A stretch of DNA of 64,000 nt from assembly GCA_043801745.1 (NCBI GenBank), contig JAZDLR010000022.1:65960-129959 (forward strand), written 5' to 3'. The notes beneath the pieces were generated by a model, which saw only the letters and a list, made by a program, of their open reading frames with translations, was not told where the DNA came from and did no database searches. The stretch comes from Candidatus Komeilibacteria bacterium. Its GTDB lineage: Bacteria > Patescibacteriota > Patescibacteriia > UBA1558 > 2-01-FULL-52-15. Positions 35,855-45,072 of this stretch are shown here, piece after piece (position 1 is the first letter of the stretch; each line of letters starts with the position of its first letter). A program made the position numbers and the translations under genes.

Positions 35855-35952
35855 CCCCGTTAGAGAAAGCCTAATTCAATAAAATTCCTCATTAAGAACA
35901 TGAGACTGGTAAAAAACCACATTTATTAAAACAATTTACATCTCTAACGGGG
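35855..35952. promoter_or_regulatory. 12-bp inverted repeat pair CCCCGTTAGAGA ...(74 nt)... TCTCTAACGGGG, 42 bp upstream of the ncRNA promoter -35
   Basis: Read directly from the sequence. The same IR pair with a different 52-nt interior recurs at 47515-47590. Confidence 0.35.
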
Positions 35953-35993
35953 CTAATATTAGCCAAATATACAGAATATTTGCATTTCAAGTC

Positions 35994-36023
35994 TTGACAA
36001 AAATTTAAGTATATGCTAGAGTG
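35994..36023 (+). promoter_or_regulatory. strong sigma70-type promoter: -35 TTGACA (35994-35999), 18-nt spacer, extended -10 TGcTAGAGT (36015-36023)
   Basis: gtcTTGACAaaaatttaagtatatgcTAGAGTg with an AT-rich upstream tract. Drives rightward transcription into the ORF-free GC-rich region. Confidence 0.6.
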
Positions 36024-36029
36024 CCCACA

Positions 36030-37251
36030 TTGCTTCTGGCACCCTGCTGGAAAGCAACTAGGCGCCTCAAGCGGCATCGCGTCCGCGAAGAGGATTTGAA
36101 CAAGTCTGGAGGGACCAAAAAACATGATCCATTCGACCTGCTACGCCTACATTTACGGCAACATCATCGCCTGAACCGGCCCCGGCCGGCGGGCCCAGGA
36201 GTACTGAACAGACGGACAAGCGACCTTCCAAAATGAGGATAACCCTCGGAGTCGCGATCCACTGACCCGGTTCCTGGCCCACACATCCACGCGAGCCGGT
36301 ACTGCGTTTGAAGCGGTAGCCGTTCGCTCTCCCCTGAGGGAGATTCCGGAAACCTAAACATACGCCGGAAAGGATAACCAGCAATGATGCAATGACCGCG
36401 CGTAGAGGTGCGCTCCCGAGATGCTCGCTGGTACTTAGAGAAGTACCCAACCCCAGCGACATCGAACTTTTCACGGACGCTCCACACGGGAGGAGCATCC
36501 AAACGGCGGGAGGGTCACCGCCGAAAACAAAGACTCTTGCCACAGCAGTCACTGCCAAAGCGGCAACTGACTGTGGGCATCACCATCCTGAATACCGGCC
36601 ACGAGGCCAGTACCGGAGGACGAGTGATCGGCATTATCCGCGCGTAGAGGAGCGCACCCGTTTCGATAGCCCCGGGAAAGAATTTAGTAACACCAACCCA
36701 ACCCGGCAGCTATCATGCTCCATACGGGAGGAGCAACCAGTAAACGGCGGAACGGTCACCGCCAAAAAAACGACCGCGTACATTCAAAAGCAGGTGGCGC
36801 CGCTTGCGGCCGGGCAGTTCCTGCTCGACTAGCAGGCGCACACGCGCCCCTTTTCTGTAAAAAAGACACACTGGTCGTGTCCGTCAGCCCACCGTTCCCC
36901 GCAATTGCCGGGAACATTGAACAACCATTTCGGGCCCGGACAACGCCAGTGTAACGTACGGCCGTGCCCACGGGTATTCCAAGCCCATTGTGCCGGCCGG
37001 CAAATCGCGCTGACTCTCTCGGGATACCGAGCAGCCGACCACAGGACCCCGGACTCACACCGCATTGAAAGGCTTCGGCTAAGGCGGGCTAGTGACTCTG
37101 GGCACATCCACAGGTCAAAGGCGCGATAGAACGACCCGGGATATGCAAGGGAGTAGAGAGGGTTCCGAACCAAATGGAACCACTCCCCCAAATATACCCG
37201 GCCAGTGCCCCAATCAATACATCGATTGGGGCACTATTTTTTTCGCCACAT
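36030..37251 (+). ncRNA. large (~1.2 kb) GC-rich structured ncRNA candidate of unknown class
   Basis: Bounded by the promoter above and a canonical intrinsic terminator at 37207-37251. Much more GC-rich than flanking sequence in an AT-rich genome. Every reading frame is broken into short overlapping ORFs (70-160 aa, all six frames), the typical signature of non-coding GC-rich sequence. Contains two homologous ~135-nt modules (36398-36532 and 36640-36772) and many hairpins. Confidence 0.5.
37207..37251 (+). terminator. intrinsic terminator of the candidate ncRNA
   Basis: GCCCCAATC-aatacatc-GATTGGGGC followed by ACTATTTTTTT; 8-bp perfect stem plus T7 run. Confidence 0.7.
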
Positions 37252-37470
37252 ATAAAAACCTACCGAGCACAGCTCGGTTGAGATCAAATGATGCGAACCC
37301 GCCGAAGCCCCGAGCTCGGTGAGGGGCAAATGGCGGGTAACTACCTTAAATTTAATCAGGTCTAATCCGACGGAAATAAACAAAAGCCAACCCGCCGACT
37401 CGGCCTCCGTAGCCGCTTCGGCGAAGGGGGCAGCGTCTGCGCGTAGGCGGTTATTTCCTACAAACTATTA

Positions 37471-38526
37471 CTAATTCAAATACAACTCTCTATTTTTCTT
37501 ATGTTCTTCCAGCGTCCTAGCATAGTGCACTCCGCCGTCTTTATCAGTCAGAAAATAATAATACGGATTGGCCGTAGGATATAAAGCCGCTTGTATACTG
37601 GCAAGACCCGGATTGGAAATCGGCCCAGGAGGCAAACCTTTATATTTATAAGTATTATAAGGTGAATCAATTTTCAAATCAGCTAGTGACGGCCGCGTCG
37701 TGCCTTTACCGGTAATATAATTTACCGTGGCATCAGACTGCAAACCAATCCCAGCCTTAATACGTTTCCAGAAAATATCAGCAATCATTTTCTTGTCGGC
37801 GTGCAAGGGCACTTCTTTCTCAATAATTGAAGCCATAATAATTACTTCATATAAGGTATGACCCGACTGCCTAATATCACTAATCATTGGACCAGAAATT
37901 TTAGCTTCAAAATTCTGCAGTTGCTTCTGAACAATACTCGCCATTTTAGTTGACTGAGTAATCTGATAAGTATCAGGGAACAAGAATCCCTCTAATGAAT
38001 TCCCATCAGGTATGGCCTGAGTCAGAGGAAAATCGTCGCGGTAGGCTACGTTGGAAAGAGTCAAATCTACATAATCCTTGGCAGCAAAACCGCGCGTAGC
38101 CAGATAGGCAGCGTTTTCTTTCCGGTTCCAGCCTTCGATAAACGTTAAATTGTCTTTTTGACCAGAAGCTCCTCGCATCAGCTCCTTTACCAGGACGTGA
38201 ATACTCATACCAGTATTTAAACTGTATCTGGCGGCAATCAGCTTATCTTCCGCCCCAATCAGCCAGACGTAACTTTCAAAAATAAATTTGCTACCAATCA
38301 AGCCATTCCGGTGCAAATTATCGCTGATAGTATTGACTCCCTGACCGGATTCAACGTTAAAAATAATCTCCCGGCCCGGCAGCTGCGTTGGCCGAAATAA
38401 TTCAATCGTCACCCAAGCCGCGACTATTAACACAGCCGCAATCAGACACAGAAAAAATGCTTTAATTATTGGCCCCACCATAATAAAATAATGCCTAAAA
38501 TAATTGTGTAAATGGAAAAAACCCAC
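37471..38526 (-). CDS. mltG: endolytic murein transglycosylase (YceG/MltG family)
   Basis: 351 aa; N-terminal TM plus YceG-like domain (pattern GLQSDATVNYITGKGTT..L...DSPYNTYKYKGLPPGPISNPG). Confidence 0.8.
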   Translation of the reverse strand: MGFFHLHNYFRHYFIMVGPIIKAFFLCLIAAVLIVAAWVTIELFRPTQLPGREIIFNVESGQGVNTISDNLHRNGLIGSKFIFESYVWLIGAEDKLIAARYSLNTGMSIHVLVKELMRGASGQKDNLTFIEGWNRKENAAYLATRGFAAKDYVDLTLSNVAYRDDFPLTQAIPDGNSLEGFLFPDTYQITQSTKMASIVQKQLQNFEAKISGPMISDIRQSGHTLYEVIIMASIIEKEVPLHADKKMIADIFWKRIKAGIGLQSDATVNYITGKGTTRPSLADLKIDSPYNTYKYKGLPPGPISNPGLASIQAALYPTANPYYYFLTDKDGGVHYARTLEEHKKNRELYLN

Positions 38527-39221
38527 AAGCGATCACGTTTGATGATCAACTCTAAAGCCATCAATGATAGATACCCGACAATCATGGTAACAATAAATCC
38601 CACCCAATAGATCGGCTGAATCTGCAGCTGACGGACTTCAAATAAAAAGGCTGCGGCAATAGCCGGAATAGCAGCCAGGAAAGTAAAGCGGAAAGCCTCT
38701 TCCTTCTTAATACCCAAAACCAAACCCCAGCCCAGCATCGAGCCACTGCGCGATAACCCGGGCAAGACAGCTAAACCTTGAGCCAAACCCAGGATAACAG
38801 ACTTACCCCAGGTTATAGGACCAGCTTTAGCCCGGACAAATTTATGCAGGCCAACAAAAATACCCGTGACAATAAAAAAAATGGCCGTGATTCTTATTGT
38901 TTGCCAGCGTTCAATATAAGGATTAAGCAGCCAAGCTACAGCGACAGTAAAAATCGTAGCCACAATAATCCGACCGATCAACTTACGCTCAGCTACTTCA
39001 CTGGGCCGGCCCAGGGCTCTAATCAGACGCCAGATATCATCCCGGAAATAAACAATAATAACAATCAAGCTGCCTAGGTGCAAAAATACATCAAAAGCTA
39101 GATTGGCCGGCACTCCCAGCCACTGATGGGCAATAACCAAATGGCCATCGCTGGAAATTGGCAGCCACTCGGTAATTCCCTGCACCAAACCGAGTAAAAC
39201 ATACTGAAAAAAAGCTGACAT
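38466..39221 (-). CDS. uppP: undecaprenyl-diphosphatase
   Basis: LLGLVQGITEWLPISSDGHL and the GLSRSGSM region, both diagnostic BacA/UppP motifs. Confidence 0.9.
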   Translation of the reverse strand: MSAFFQYVLLGLVQGITEWLPISSDGHLVIAHQWLGVPANLAFDVFLHLGSLIVIIVYFRDDIWRLIRALGRPSEVAERKLIGRIIVATIFTVAVAWLLNPYIERWQTIRITAIFFIVTGIFVGLHKFVRAKAGPITWGKSVILGLAQGLAVLPGLSRSGSMLGWGLVLGIKKEEAFRFTFLAAIPAIAAAFLFEVRQLQIQPIYWVGFIVTMIVGYLSLMALELIIKRDRLWVFSIYTIILGIILLWWGQ

Positions 39222-39272
39222 GATATATATGGTATAATTAAACGGCTTAAATATTATACTCCAACCTAATTT

Positions 39273-39704
39273 ATGCGTCTATTACTTATTCCTTTCGGCG
39301 TCATGGTAATTGTCCAGATCGGAAAATTAGTGTTTGAACTGCTGCGCGGCAATTTTAGCTGGGAACATCTGAATGAATACGGCGGCATGCCTTCGGCTCA
39401 TTCAGCTTTGGCCGCTTCTTTAGTAACACTCCTCTACTTGGATCAGGGCATGGGCGATGCGGCTCTGGCAGTAGCTTTTGTGCTATTCATTGTTATTATC
39501 CGCGATGCCAGCGGCTTCCGCCGCCAACTGGGCGTGCACGCGCAAATGATAAACCGCCTAATCAAAGAACTGCCCGAGGCTGAAGAATATAAATATCCGG
39601 TTTTGAACGAACGGCTCGGCCACACACCAGCTCAGGTCATTGTCGGCACAGTGGCCGGAATTATCCTGACCTATCTGGTTATCTATTTATTGCCCTACTT
39701 CTGA
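39273..39704 (+). CDS. divergent PAP2 (DUF212) family membrane protein
   Basis: GGMPSAHSALAASLV is characteristic of DUF212 (acid phosphatase / vanadium haloperoxidase-related). Confidence 0.65.
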   Translation: MRLLLIPFGVMVIVQIGKLVFELLRGNFSWEHLNEYGGMPSAHSALAASLVTLLYLDQGMGDAALAVAFVLFIVIIRDASGFRRQLGVHAQMINRLIKELPEAEEYKYPVLNERLGHTPAQVIVGTVAGIILTYLVIYLLPYF

Positions 39705-40567
39705 CACTGGGGACAATAATGCGTTCCCCGGCCAACTAGGCGCGTCTTAATGATGCGTCCTTTTTTGCAACGCTGACATAATTGTCCCTGACGGCCATAA
39801 ACCTTAAGTAGTTTACTGAAATTACCCGGCAGTCCCTGGGCTTGAACGTAATTATTAAAACTGGTACCGCCGTGTTTTATTGACTGCCGCAGGACGCGGC
39901 GGATATTGACCAATAACTGCAGACGCTGCTGGGGTGAAATAGTCCGAATCGTCCGTTGCGGCCGGATTTTAGTTAGGAAGCAGGCCTCATCAGCGTAAAT
40001 ATTTCCCAAGCCGGCAATTACTGACTGATCCAGCAAAAACTTTTTTATTTTCCAAGCCGACTTGTGCTGCAATAAATCCAACCAGATTTCTTTGGTCAAC
40101 GAACGCTCCAAAGGTTCAGGACCGTAATCCGAAATAATGGCCGACAAATCCTGCGGCCGGATCAGACGCCAATAACCAAAGCGCCTGACATCATTATAAA
40201 ATAATTTAGAACCATTGCTAAAAGATACAATAATGTGAGTGAATTTGTTCGGCACAGTCACGACATTATCAATCGGATGCCCACCGACAACTAACTTCCC
40301 GCCGGCCGGCCGATAAACTAATTGGCCGGTCATTTTCAAATGAATCAATAAAATGGACTGATTGGAAAGATGCGCTATCAATAATTTACCGCGGCGTTCC
40401 AGCCGCGTAATTGAGTGTCCAACTAATAAAGACGCCAGACCTTTAGGCTTGGCGATTTTAGGGGCCAGCACTTGCACCTGCTTGATGCGCTTATGGCGGA
40501 TGATTTGCAGACCGCGGCGGATAGTCTCTACTTCGGGTAATTCAGGCATAAGGCGGAAAATAATCAA
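39695..40567 (-). CDS. mutM: formamidopyrimidine-DNA glycosylase
   Basis: N-terminal MPELPEVETIRRGL (catalytic Pro2/Glu3). C-terminal zinc finger CQRCKKGRIIKTRLVGRGTHYCPQCQ. Confidence 0.85.
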   Translation of the reverse strand: MIIFRLMPELPEVETIRRGLQIIRHKRIKQVQVLAPKIAKPKGLASLLVGHSITRLERRGKLLIAHLSNQSILLIHLKMTGQLVYRPAGGKLVVGGHPIDNVVTVPNKFTHIIVSFSNGSKLFYNDVRRFGYWRLIRPQDLSAIISDYGPEPLERSLTKEIWLDLLQHKSAWKIKKFLLDQSVIAGLGNIYADEACFLTKIRPQRTIRTISPQQRLQLLVNIRRVLRQSIKHGGTSFNNYVQAQGLPGNFSKLLKVYGRQGQLCQRCKKGRIIKTRLVGRGTHYCPQCQK

Positions 40568-40654
40568 TATTCAAGTATCAATAATCAAACAAGTCTGAAT
40601 ATTTAATATTTATAATTAAATATTGTTTGAAACTTGATTATTGATGATTGAATA

Positions 40655-42241
40655 TTATATCAAAGACGTTCCCGTCATCTCCGGAGGTTTTTTCAAACCT
40701 AAAATTTTTATGATCGTCAGGCCAACATCGGATAAAACACCAGAGGAAATCATACTGGAAAGATCGGTGCCCGTTACTCCTCCGGCCACATTTTTGCCTT
40801 CCCACTGACGTCCGACAAAAATACAAGGCACCGGAGTGTTGCTGTGCTCCTTATCAATTTCACCGGTCTGTAGATTAAATAAGGCTTCAGCATTGCCGTG
40901 ATCAGCCGTGATAATAATGGCGCCGTCATAAGACAACACCACATCAACAATCTTGCCGATACAGTCATCGGCAATTTCGCAGGCCTCAATAGTTGCCTGC
41001 AGATTTCCCGTATGCGCCACCATGTCCGGGTTGGCAAAATTCGCTACAATAAAATCATATTTAACTTCGCGGATCTCCTGAATCACGCGGTTGGTAATTT
41101 CCCGTGTACTCATGGCCGGTTTCTGGTCATAGGAGGCAACCTTCAAAGAAGGGATTAGAACGTGATCCTCATCCGGATACATTTTCTCCTGGCCGCCGTT
41201 GAAAAAATAAGTCACGTGGGCATATTTTTCTGTTTCGGCAATATGCAGCTGCTTCAAGCCGGCATCGCTGATGACTTTGGCCACTGGCGTTTGCACTTTC
41301 TCCGGAGCAAAAGCGATCTGCAGCGGCAAATCTTTTTCATATTCCGTCATACTGACGTAGAAGAGATTACGCATATACTCGCGGGGAAATTTATCAAAAC
41401 CCGGCAAAATTAAAGCTTTGGTGATTTCCCGCATCCGGTCGGCCCGGAAGTTGAAACAGATTATGGCATCGCCGTCCTGAATTTTGGCCAGAGGCTGCTT
41501 AGCCTCGTTAGTAATAACTGTTGGCTCCAACTGTTCATCGTAAATTTGCTTGGAATAAGAAGCTTCAATCGCTTGCACCGCATCAGTGGCGTAATTTTTA
41601 GCTTCGCCATTAACCAGAGCTTTATAAGCCTCGACTATGCGCTCCCAGTGATTATCACGGTCCATAGCGTAAAACCGACCGACCAGAGTCGCGATTTGAC
41701 CCACACCGATCTGTTTGATCTTATCCTTCAGCTTGGCCATAAAATTACTGCCGCTGTTATAAGGAGTATCACGGCCATCCAGAAAAGCGTGAATATAAAC
41801 CTGGTCAATCTTCTGCTCGGCCGCTAATTCCAACAAGGCGTACAAATGCTCATTGAAACTATGAACTCCACCGGAACTGACTAAGCCCAGCAAATGCAAT
41901 TTAGATTTATTCTTTTTGACGTGTTCACAGGCTGCCAGAAAGGCCGGATTGGCAAAAAAAGATTTATCAAAAATTGCCCTAGTGATACGCGGTAGGCTTT
42001 GATATAAAATCCGTCCCGAGCCAATGCTCAAATGCCCGACTTCCGAATTACCCATTTCGCCCCAGGCTAATCCCACAGACTCACCGCCAGCTTGTAATGA
42101 CATCGTCGGATACTTATTCATATAAGCGTCCAAGTTCGGTGTCTTGGCTAAAGATATGGCATTGGCACGCGACGGCGGAGCAATACCCCAGCCGTCTAAA
42201 ATAATGAGCACTAATGGTTTGGGTCGTGGAGTTGATTCCAT
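40655..42241 (-). CDS. gpmI: 2,3-bisphosphoglycerate-independent phosphoglycerate mutase
   Basis: LVLIILDGWGIAP and GNSEVGHLSIGSGR plus alkaline-phosphatase-superfamily metal ligands. Confidence 0.9.
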   Translation of the reverse strand: MESTPRPKPLVLIILDGWGIAPPSRANAISLAKTPNLDAYMNKYPTMSLQAGGESVGLAWGEMGNSEVGHLSIGSGRILYQSLPRITRAIFDKSFFANPAFLAACEHVKKNKSKLHLLGLVSSGGVHSFNEHLYALLELAAEQKIDQVYIHAFLDGRDTPYNSGSNFMAKLKDKIKQIGVGQIATLVGRFYAMDRDNHWERIVEAYKALVNGEAKNYATDAVQAIEASYSKQIYDEQLEPTVITNEAKQPLAKIQDGDAIICFNFRADRMREITKALILPGFDKFPREYMRNLFYVSMTEYEKDLPLQIAFAPEKVQTPVAKVISDAGLKQLHIAETEKYAHVTYFFNGGQEKMYPDEDHVLIPSLKVASYDQKPAMSTREITNRVIQEIREVKYDFIVANFANPDMVAHTGNLQATIEACEIADDCIGKIVDVVLSYDGAIIITADHGNAEALFNLQTGEIDKEHSNTPVPCIFVGRQWEGKNVAGGVTGTDLSSMISSGVLSDVGLTIIKILGLKKPPEMTGTSLI

Positions 42242-42242
42242 A

Positions 42243-43817
42243 CTAATGAATAATTAAGCTTTTACCAGTCATATCATGAGGCTGCTCTAACTTCAATAGA
42301 TCTAAAACTGTCGGGGCAATATCGCCCAAAATACCGTTAGCCCGCAACTTCAGACGGCTTCCGGCTTTCACAATAATAAACGGCACCGGATTGGTAGAAT
42401 GCTCGGTTTCCGGCTCGCCGGTCTTGGGATCAATCACGCCTTCGGCGTTGCCATGGTCAGCAGTAATAAGACAAATGCCTTTTTTATCCAGCACTGCTTT
42501 GGTAATTTTACCCAGGGCATCATCAGTATATTCGCAAGCTTTGACCGTGGCCCAGAATTTACCTGTATGAGCAATCATATCAGCATTGGCGATATTCATG
42601 ACAATAAAATCAAACTCTCTATTGCGAATGGCGGAAAGCACCCGCGCAGATGTTTGGGCTAGACTCATCTGCGGTTGATCTTCGTAATGCTTCACATCCG
42701 GCGACATTATCATCTCCCTGACCTCGCCATTAACCGGATGATCATAACCGCCATTAAAAAAATAGGTCACATGGGCAAACTTCTCGCTTTCCGCCACAAC
42801 CAATTGGCGGTAGCCTGATAAGGCCATGGGCAAAGTATCCACGATCTCGCGGCCAGGATAAGCCGTCATCAGCTTGGGCATATCTGGTCCAAAATCCGTC
42901 ATAGCCACTAAAAATAAATTCCTAGGTTTATTCTTGGGCTTAAAAGAACCCTTATTGGCCCGCAGAAAATCGTCCTGGGCAAAGGGTTTACATAATTGAC
43001 GGGCGCGGTCAGAACGCAAATTAAAAAATACTACGGCGTCATTATTTTTTATCAGCCCTTTTGGTTGATTATCGGCAGCGACAATAACCGTGGGTTTAAT
43101 AAATTCATCACTCTCACCGCGGGCATAGGCGTGTAGCACTGCGTCTTCGGGTGTCGGCTCTTTCAATCCTCGGCCCAAGACCATAGTGTTATAGGCCATT
43201 TCTGTCCGCGACCATTCTTTCTTACGGTCCATGCCATAGAATCGACCCATGACCGTGGCCACAGTGGCGTAATTACTAAAGATGCCGTGAAAAGATTTAA
43301 ATAATTTTTGCGCGTAATAGGGCGGCGCGTCACGGCCGTCAGTAAATAAATGCAAGAAAATATTACGTACTTTCTTGCGGTTAAATAAAGTAATTAAAGA
43401 AATTAAATGATCCGGATCCGAATGAGCGCTCTGATTACCGGTAATCATACCGACTAAATGCACATCAGAATGATATTTCTGCGTCTGAGCCACTGCTCCC
43501 ATAAAGGCCGGGTTACGGAAAAAAGTGCCATTATTTATGCTCTTAGAAATCACCACCGCATCTTGCTCAACAATACGCCCGGCGCCGATATTCATGTGGC
43601 CAGCTTCAGAATTGCCTTCTTGCCCGGGCGGCAATCCGACATACTTAGAAGAAGCCCGCAAAGCCGTGTGTGAATATTTTTTTACCAGCTGATTATAATA
43701 AGGCAATTTTGCCGTAGTAATGGCATTACCTTTAATGGCCGGACCAATGCCCCAGCCATCCATGATGATCAAAACACACAACTGTTTATCCCTGCTGACC
43801 ATAAAGTTCTTTCTCAA
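42243..43817 (-). CDS. gpmI: 2,3-bisphosphoglycerate-independent phosphoglycerate mutase, divergent tandem paralog
   Basis: CVLIIMDGWGIGP and GNSEAGHMNIGAGR. Same family as the neighbour but clearly diverged. Confidence 0.85.
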   Translation of the reverse strand: MRKNFMVSRDKQLCVLIIMDGWGIGPAIKGNAITTAKLPYYNQLVKKYSHTALRASSKYVGLPPGQEGNSEAGHMNIGAGRIVEQDAVVISKSINNGTFFRNPAFMGAVAQTQKYHSDVHLVGMITGNQSAHSDPDHLISLITLFNRKKVRNIFLHLFTDGRDAPPYYAQKLFKSFHGIFSNYATVATVMGRFYGMDRKKEWSRTEMAYNTMVLGRGLKEPTPEDAVLHAYARGESDEFIKPTVIVAADNQPKGLIKNNDAVVFFNLRSDRARQLCKPFAQDDFLRANKGSFKPKNKPRNLFLVAMTDFGPDMPKLMTAYPGREIVDTLPMALSGYRQLVVAESEKFAHVTYFFNGGYDHPVNGEVREMIMSPDVKHYEDQPQMSLAQTSARVLSAIRNREFDFIVMNIANADMIAHTGKFWATVKACEYTDDALGKITKAVLDKKGICLITADHGNAEGVIDPKTGEPETEHSTNPVPFIIVKAGSRLKLRANGILGDIAPTVLDLLKLEQPHDMTGKSLIIH

Positions 43818-45063
43818 TTGCTAACAGCCGGTTATATTTAGCCGAACGTTCACCGCGGGCTACAGAACCAGTTTTGATAAATTCTGACGCCACAGCCACC
43901 GACAAATCGGCAATAAAACTGTCAATCGTTTCACCACTGCGGTGAGAAATAGCCGTCTGATAACCATGCCGTTTGGCTAGTTTAATGCAGTCCAGAGTTT
44001 CACTTAAACTGCCGATCTGATTCGGCTTGATTAAAATAGCGTTGGCCACGCCCAGATCAATACCTTTTTGTAAACGCGTAACGTTGGTCGTAAAAATATC
44101 ATCACCAATAAGTTGCAGCTGTGGAAATTCCTTTTTCACCTGTTTGGTCAGTACTTGCCAGGCTGTCCAGTCCTCCTCTGCCAACGGATCCTCCACTGCC
44201 AGCATAGGATAAGTCCGCAATAAATTCATAAGGTAATCCAACCATTCATCATGGGTATATTCGCTGTTCTCCAGCTGCAAATTATAAGTTGATTTAGCCG
44301 AGTTAAAGAAAACCGACGCCCCGGCATCCATACCCAGATAACAATCCCGGCCTAACTGATAACCTGCTTCGGATGCGGCCTGGCGCAGATAATCAAACGC
44401 CTGCTGATGGCTGTCAAAGTTGGGAGAGTAGCCGCCTTCATTACCCACATCGGTATCACGGCCGGCCTGCTTCAGGATGCTGCCCAGCTTCATAAATATT
44501 TCATCAGCGCAGCGCAAACGGTCACTGAAGCTAACCTGCTGAACCGGTATTATCCAGAACTCCTGGATATTCAAATTCGTATCAGCGTGCAAACCGCCAT
44601 TAATAACATTTACCAGCGGCAGCGGCAAAGTAAATTTCTTATTGCCGTAAAGATCGCCCAGATATTGATACAAGGGAACGGCTAATGATTTGCTAGCAGC
44701 CCGGGCACAAGCCAAGGAAACTCCTAAAATGGCATTAGCTCCTAATCGCGATTTATTCGGCGTATTATCCAGCTCACGCATCAAGTCATCAATCTGACGC
44801 TGCTCGGTCACTCGGATGCCAACTAAAGCGCGGTTAATCTCCGTGTCCACATTTTGACAGGCCTTCAGCACGCCCTTACCGCCGTAACGATGAGGGTCGT
44901 TGTCGCGCAGTTCCAGAGCTTCAGCCGAACCAGTAGAAGCCCCTGAGGGCACGGAGGCTTTGGCCCCCAAACCGCCCTGGAGCTCTACAGTGACTTCAAT
45001 AGTAGGATTACCGCGTGAGTCCAGTATTTCGCTGGCACTGACGCGCTTAATAGTGTCCGGCAT
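43786..45063 (-). CDS. eno: enolase
   Basis: SRGNPTIEV and SHRSGETIDSFIADLSVA motifs. Confidence 0.95.
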   Translation of the reverse strand: MPDTIKRVSASEILDSRGNPTIEVTVELQGGLGAKASVPSGASTGSAEALELRDNDPHRYGGKGVLKACQNVDTEINRALVGIRVTEQRQIDDLMRELDNTPNKSRLGANAILGVSLACARAASKSLAVPLYQYLGDLYGNKKFTLPLPLVNVINGGLHADTNLNIQEFWIIPVQQVSFSDRLRCADEIFMKLGSILKQAGRDTDVGNEGGYSPNFDSHQQAFDYLRQAASEAGYQLGRDCYLGMDAGASVFFNSAKSTYNLQLENSEYTHDEWLDYLMNLLRTYPMLAVEDPLAEEDWTAWQVLTKQVKKEFPQLQLIGDDIFTTNVTRLQKGIDLGVANAILIKPNQIGSLSETLDCIKLAKRHGYQTAISHRSGETIDSFIADLSVAVASEFIKTGSVARGERSAKYNRLLAIEKELYGQQG

Positions 45064-45072
45064 CCGTTATTA

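Noticed and set aside
36030-37251. Possibility that the GC-rich region is RNase P RNA, tmRNA, a group I/II intron or an rRNA fragment
   Set aside because: I searched both strands by eye for the P4/CR-I and CR-V RNase P motifs, the tmRNA tRNA-like termini (GGGG…UUCGAC; GGUUCGAnUCC…CCA) and a …ALAA-stop tag frame, the group II GUGCG 5' end and domain V, and 16S/23S universal motifs. None was present. The one UUCGAC (36134) lacks the flanking acceptor features.
36021-37322. Numerous 60-163-aa ORFs on both strands in the ORF track (e.g. 36067..36558, 36392..36832, 36829..37191)
   Set aside because: They overlap one another in all six frames, lack ribosome-binding sites and start-codon context, and sit in a uniformly GC-rich block bounded by a promoter and terminator. 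This is the typical artefact of translating GC-rich non-coding RNA sequence.
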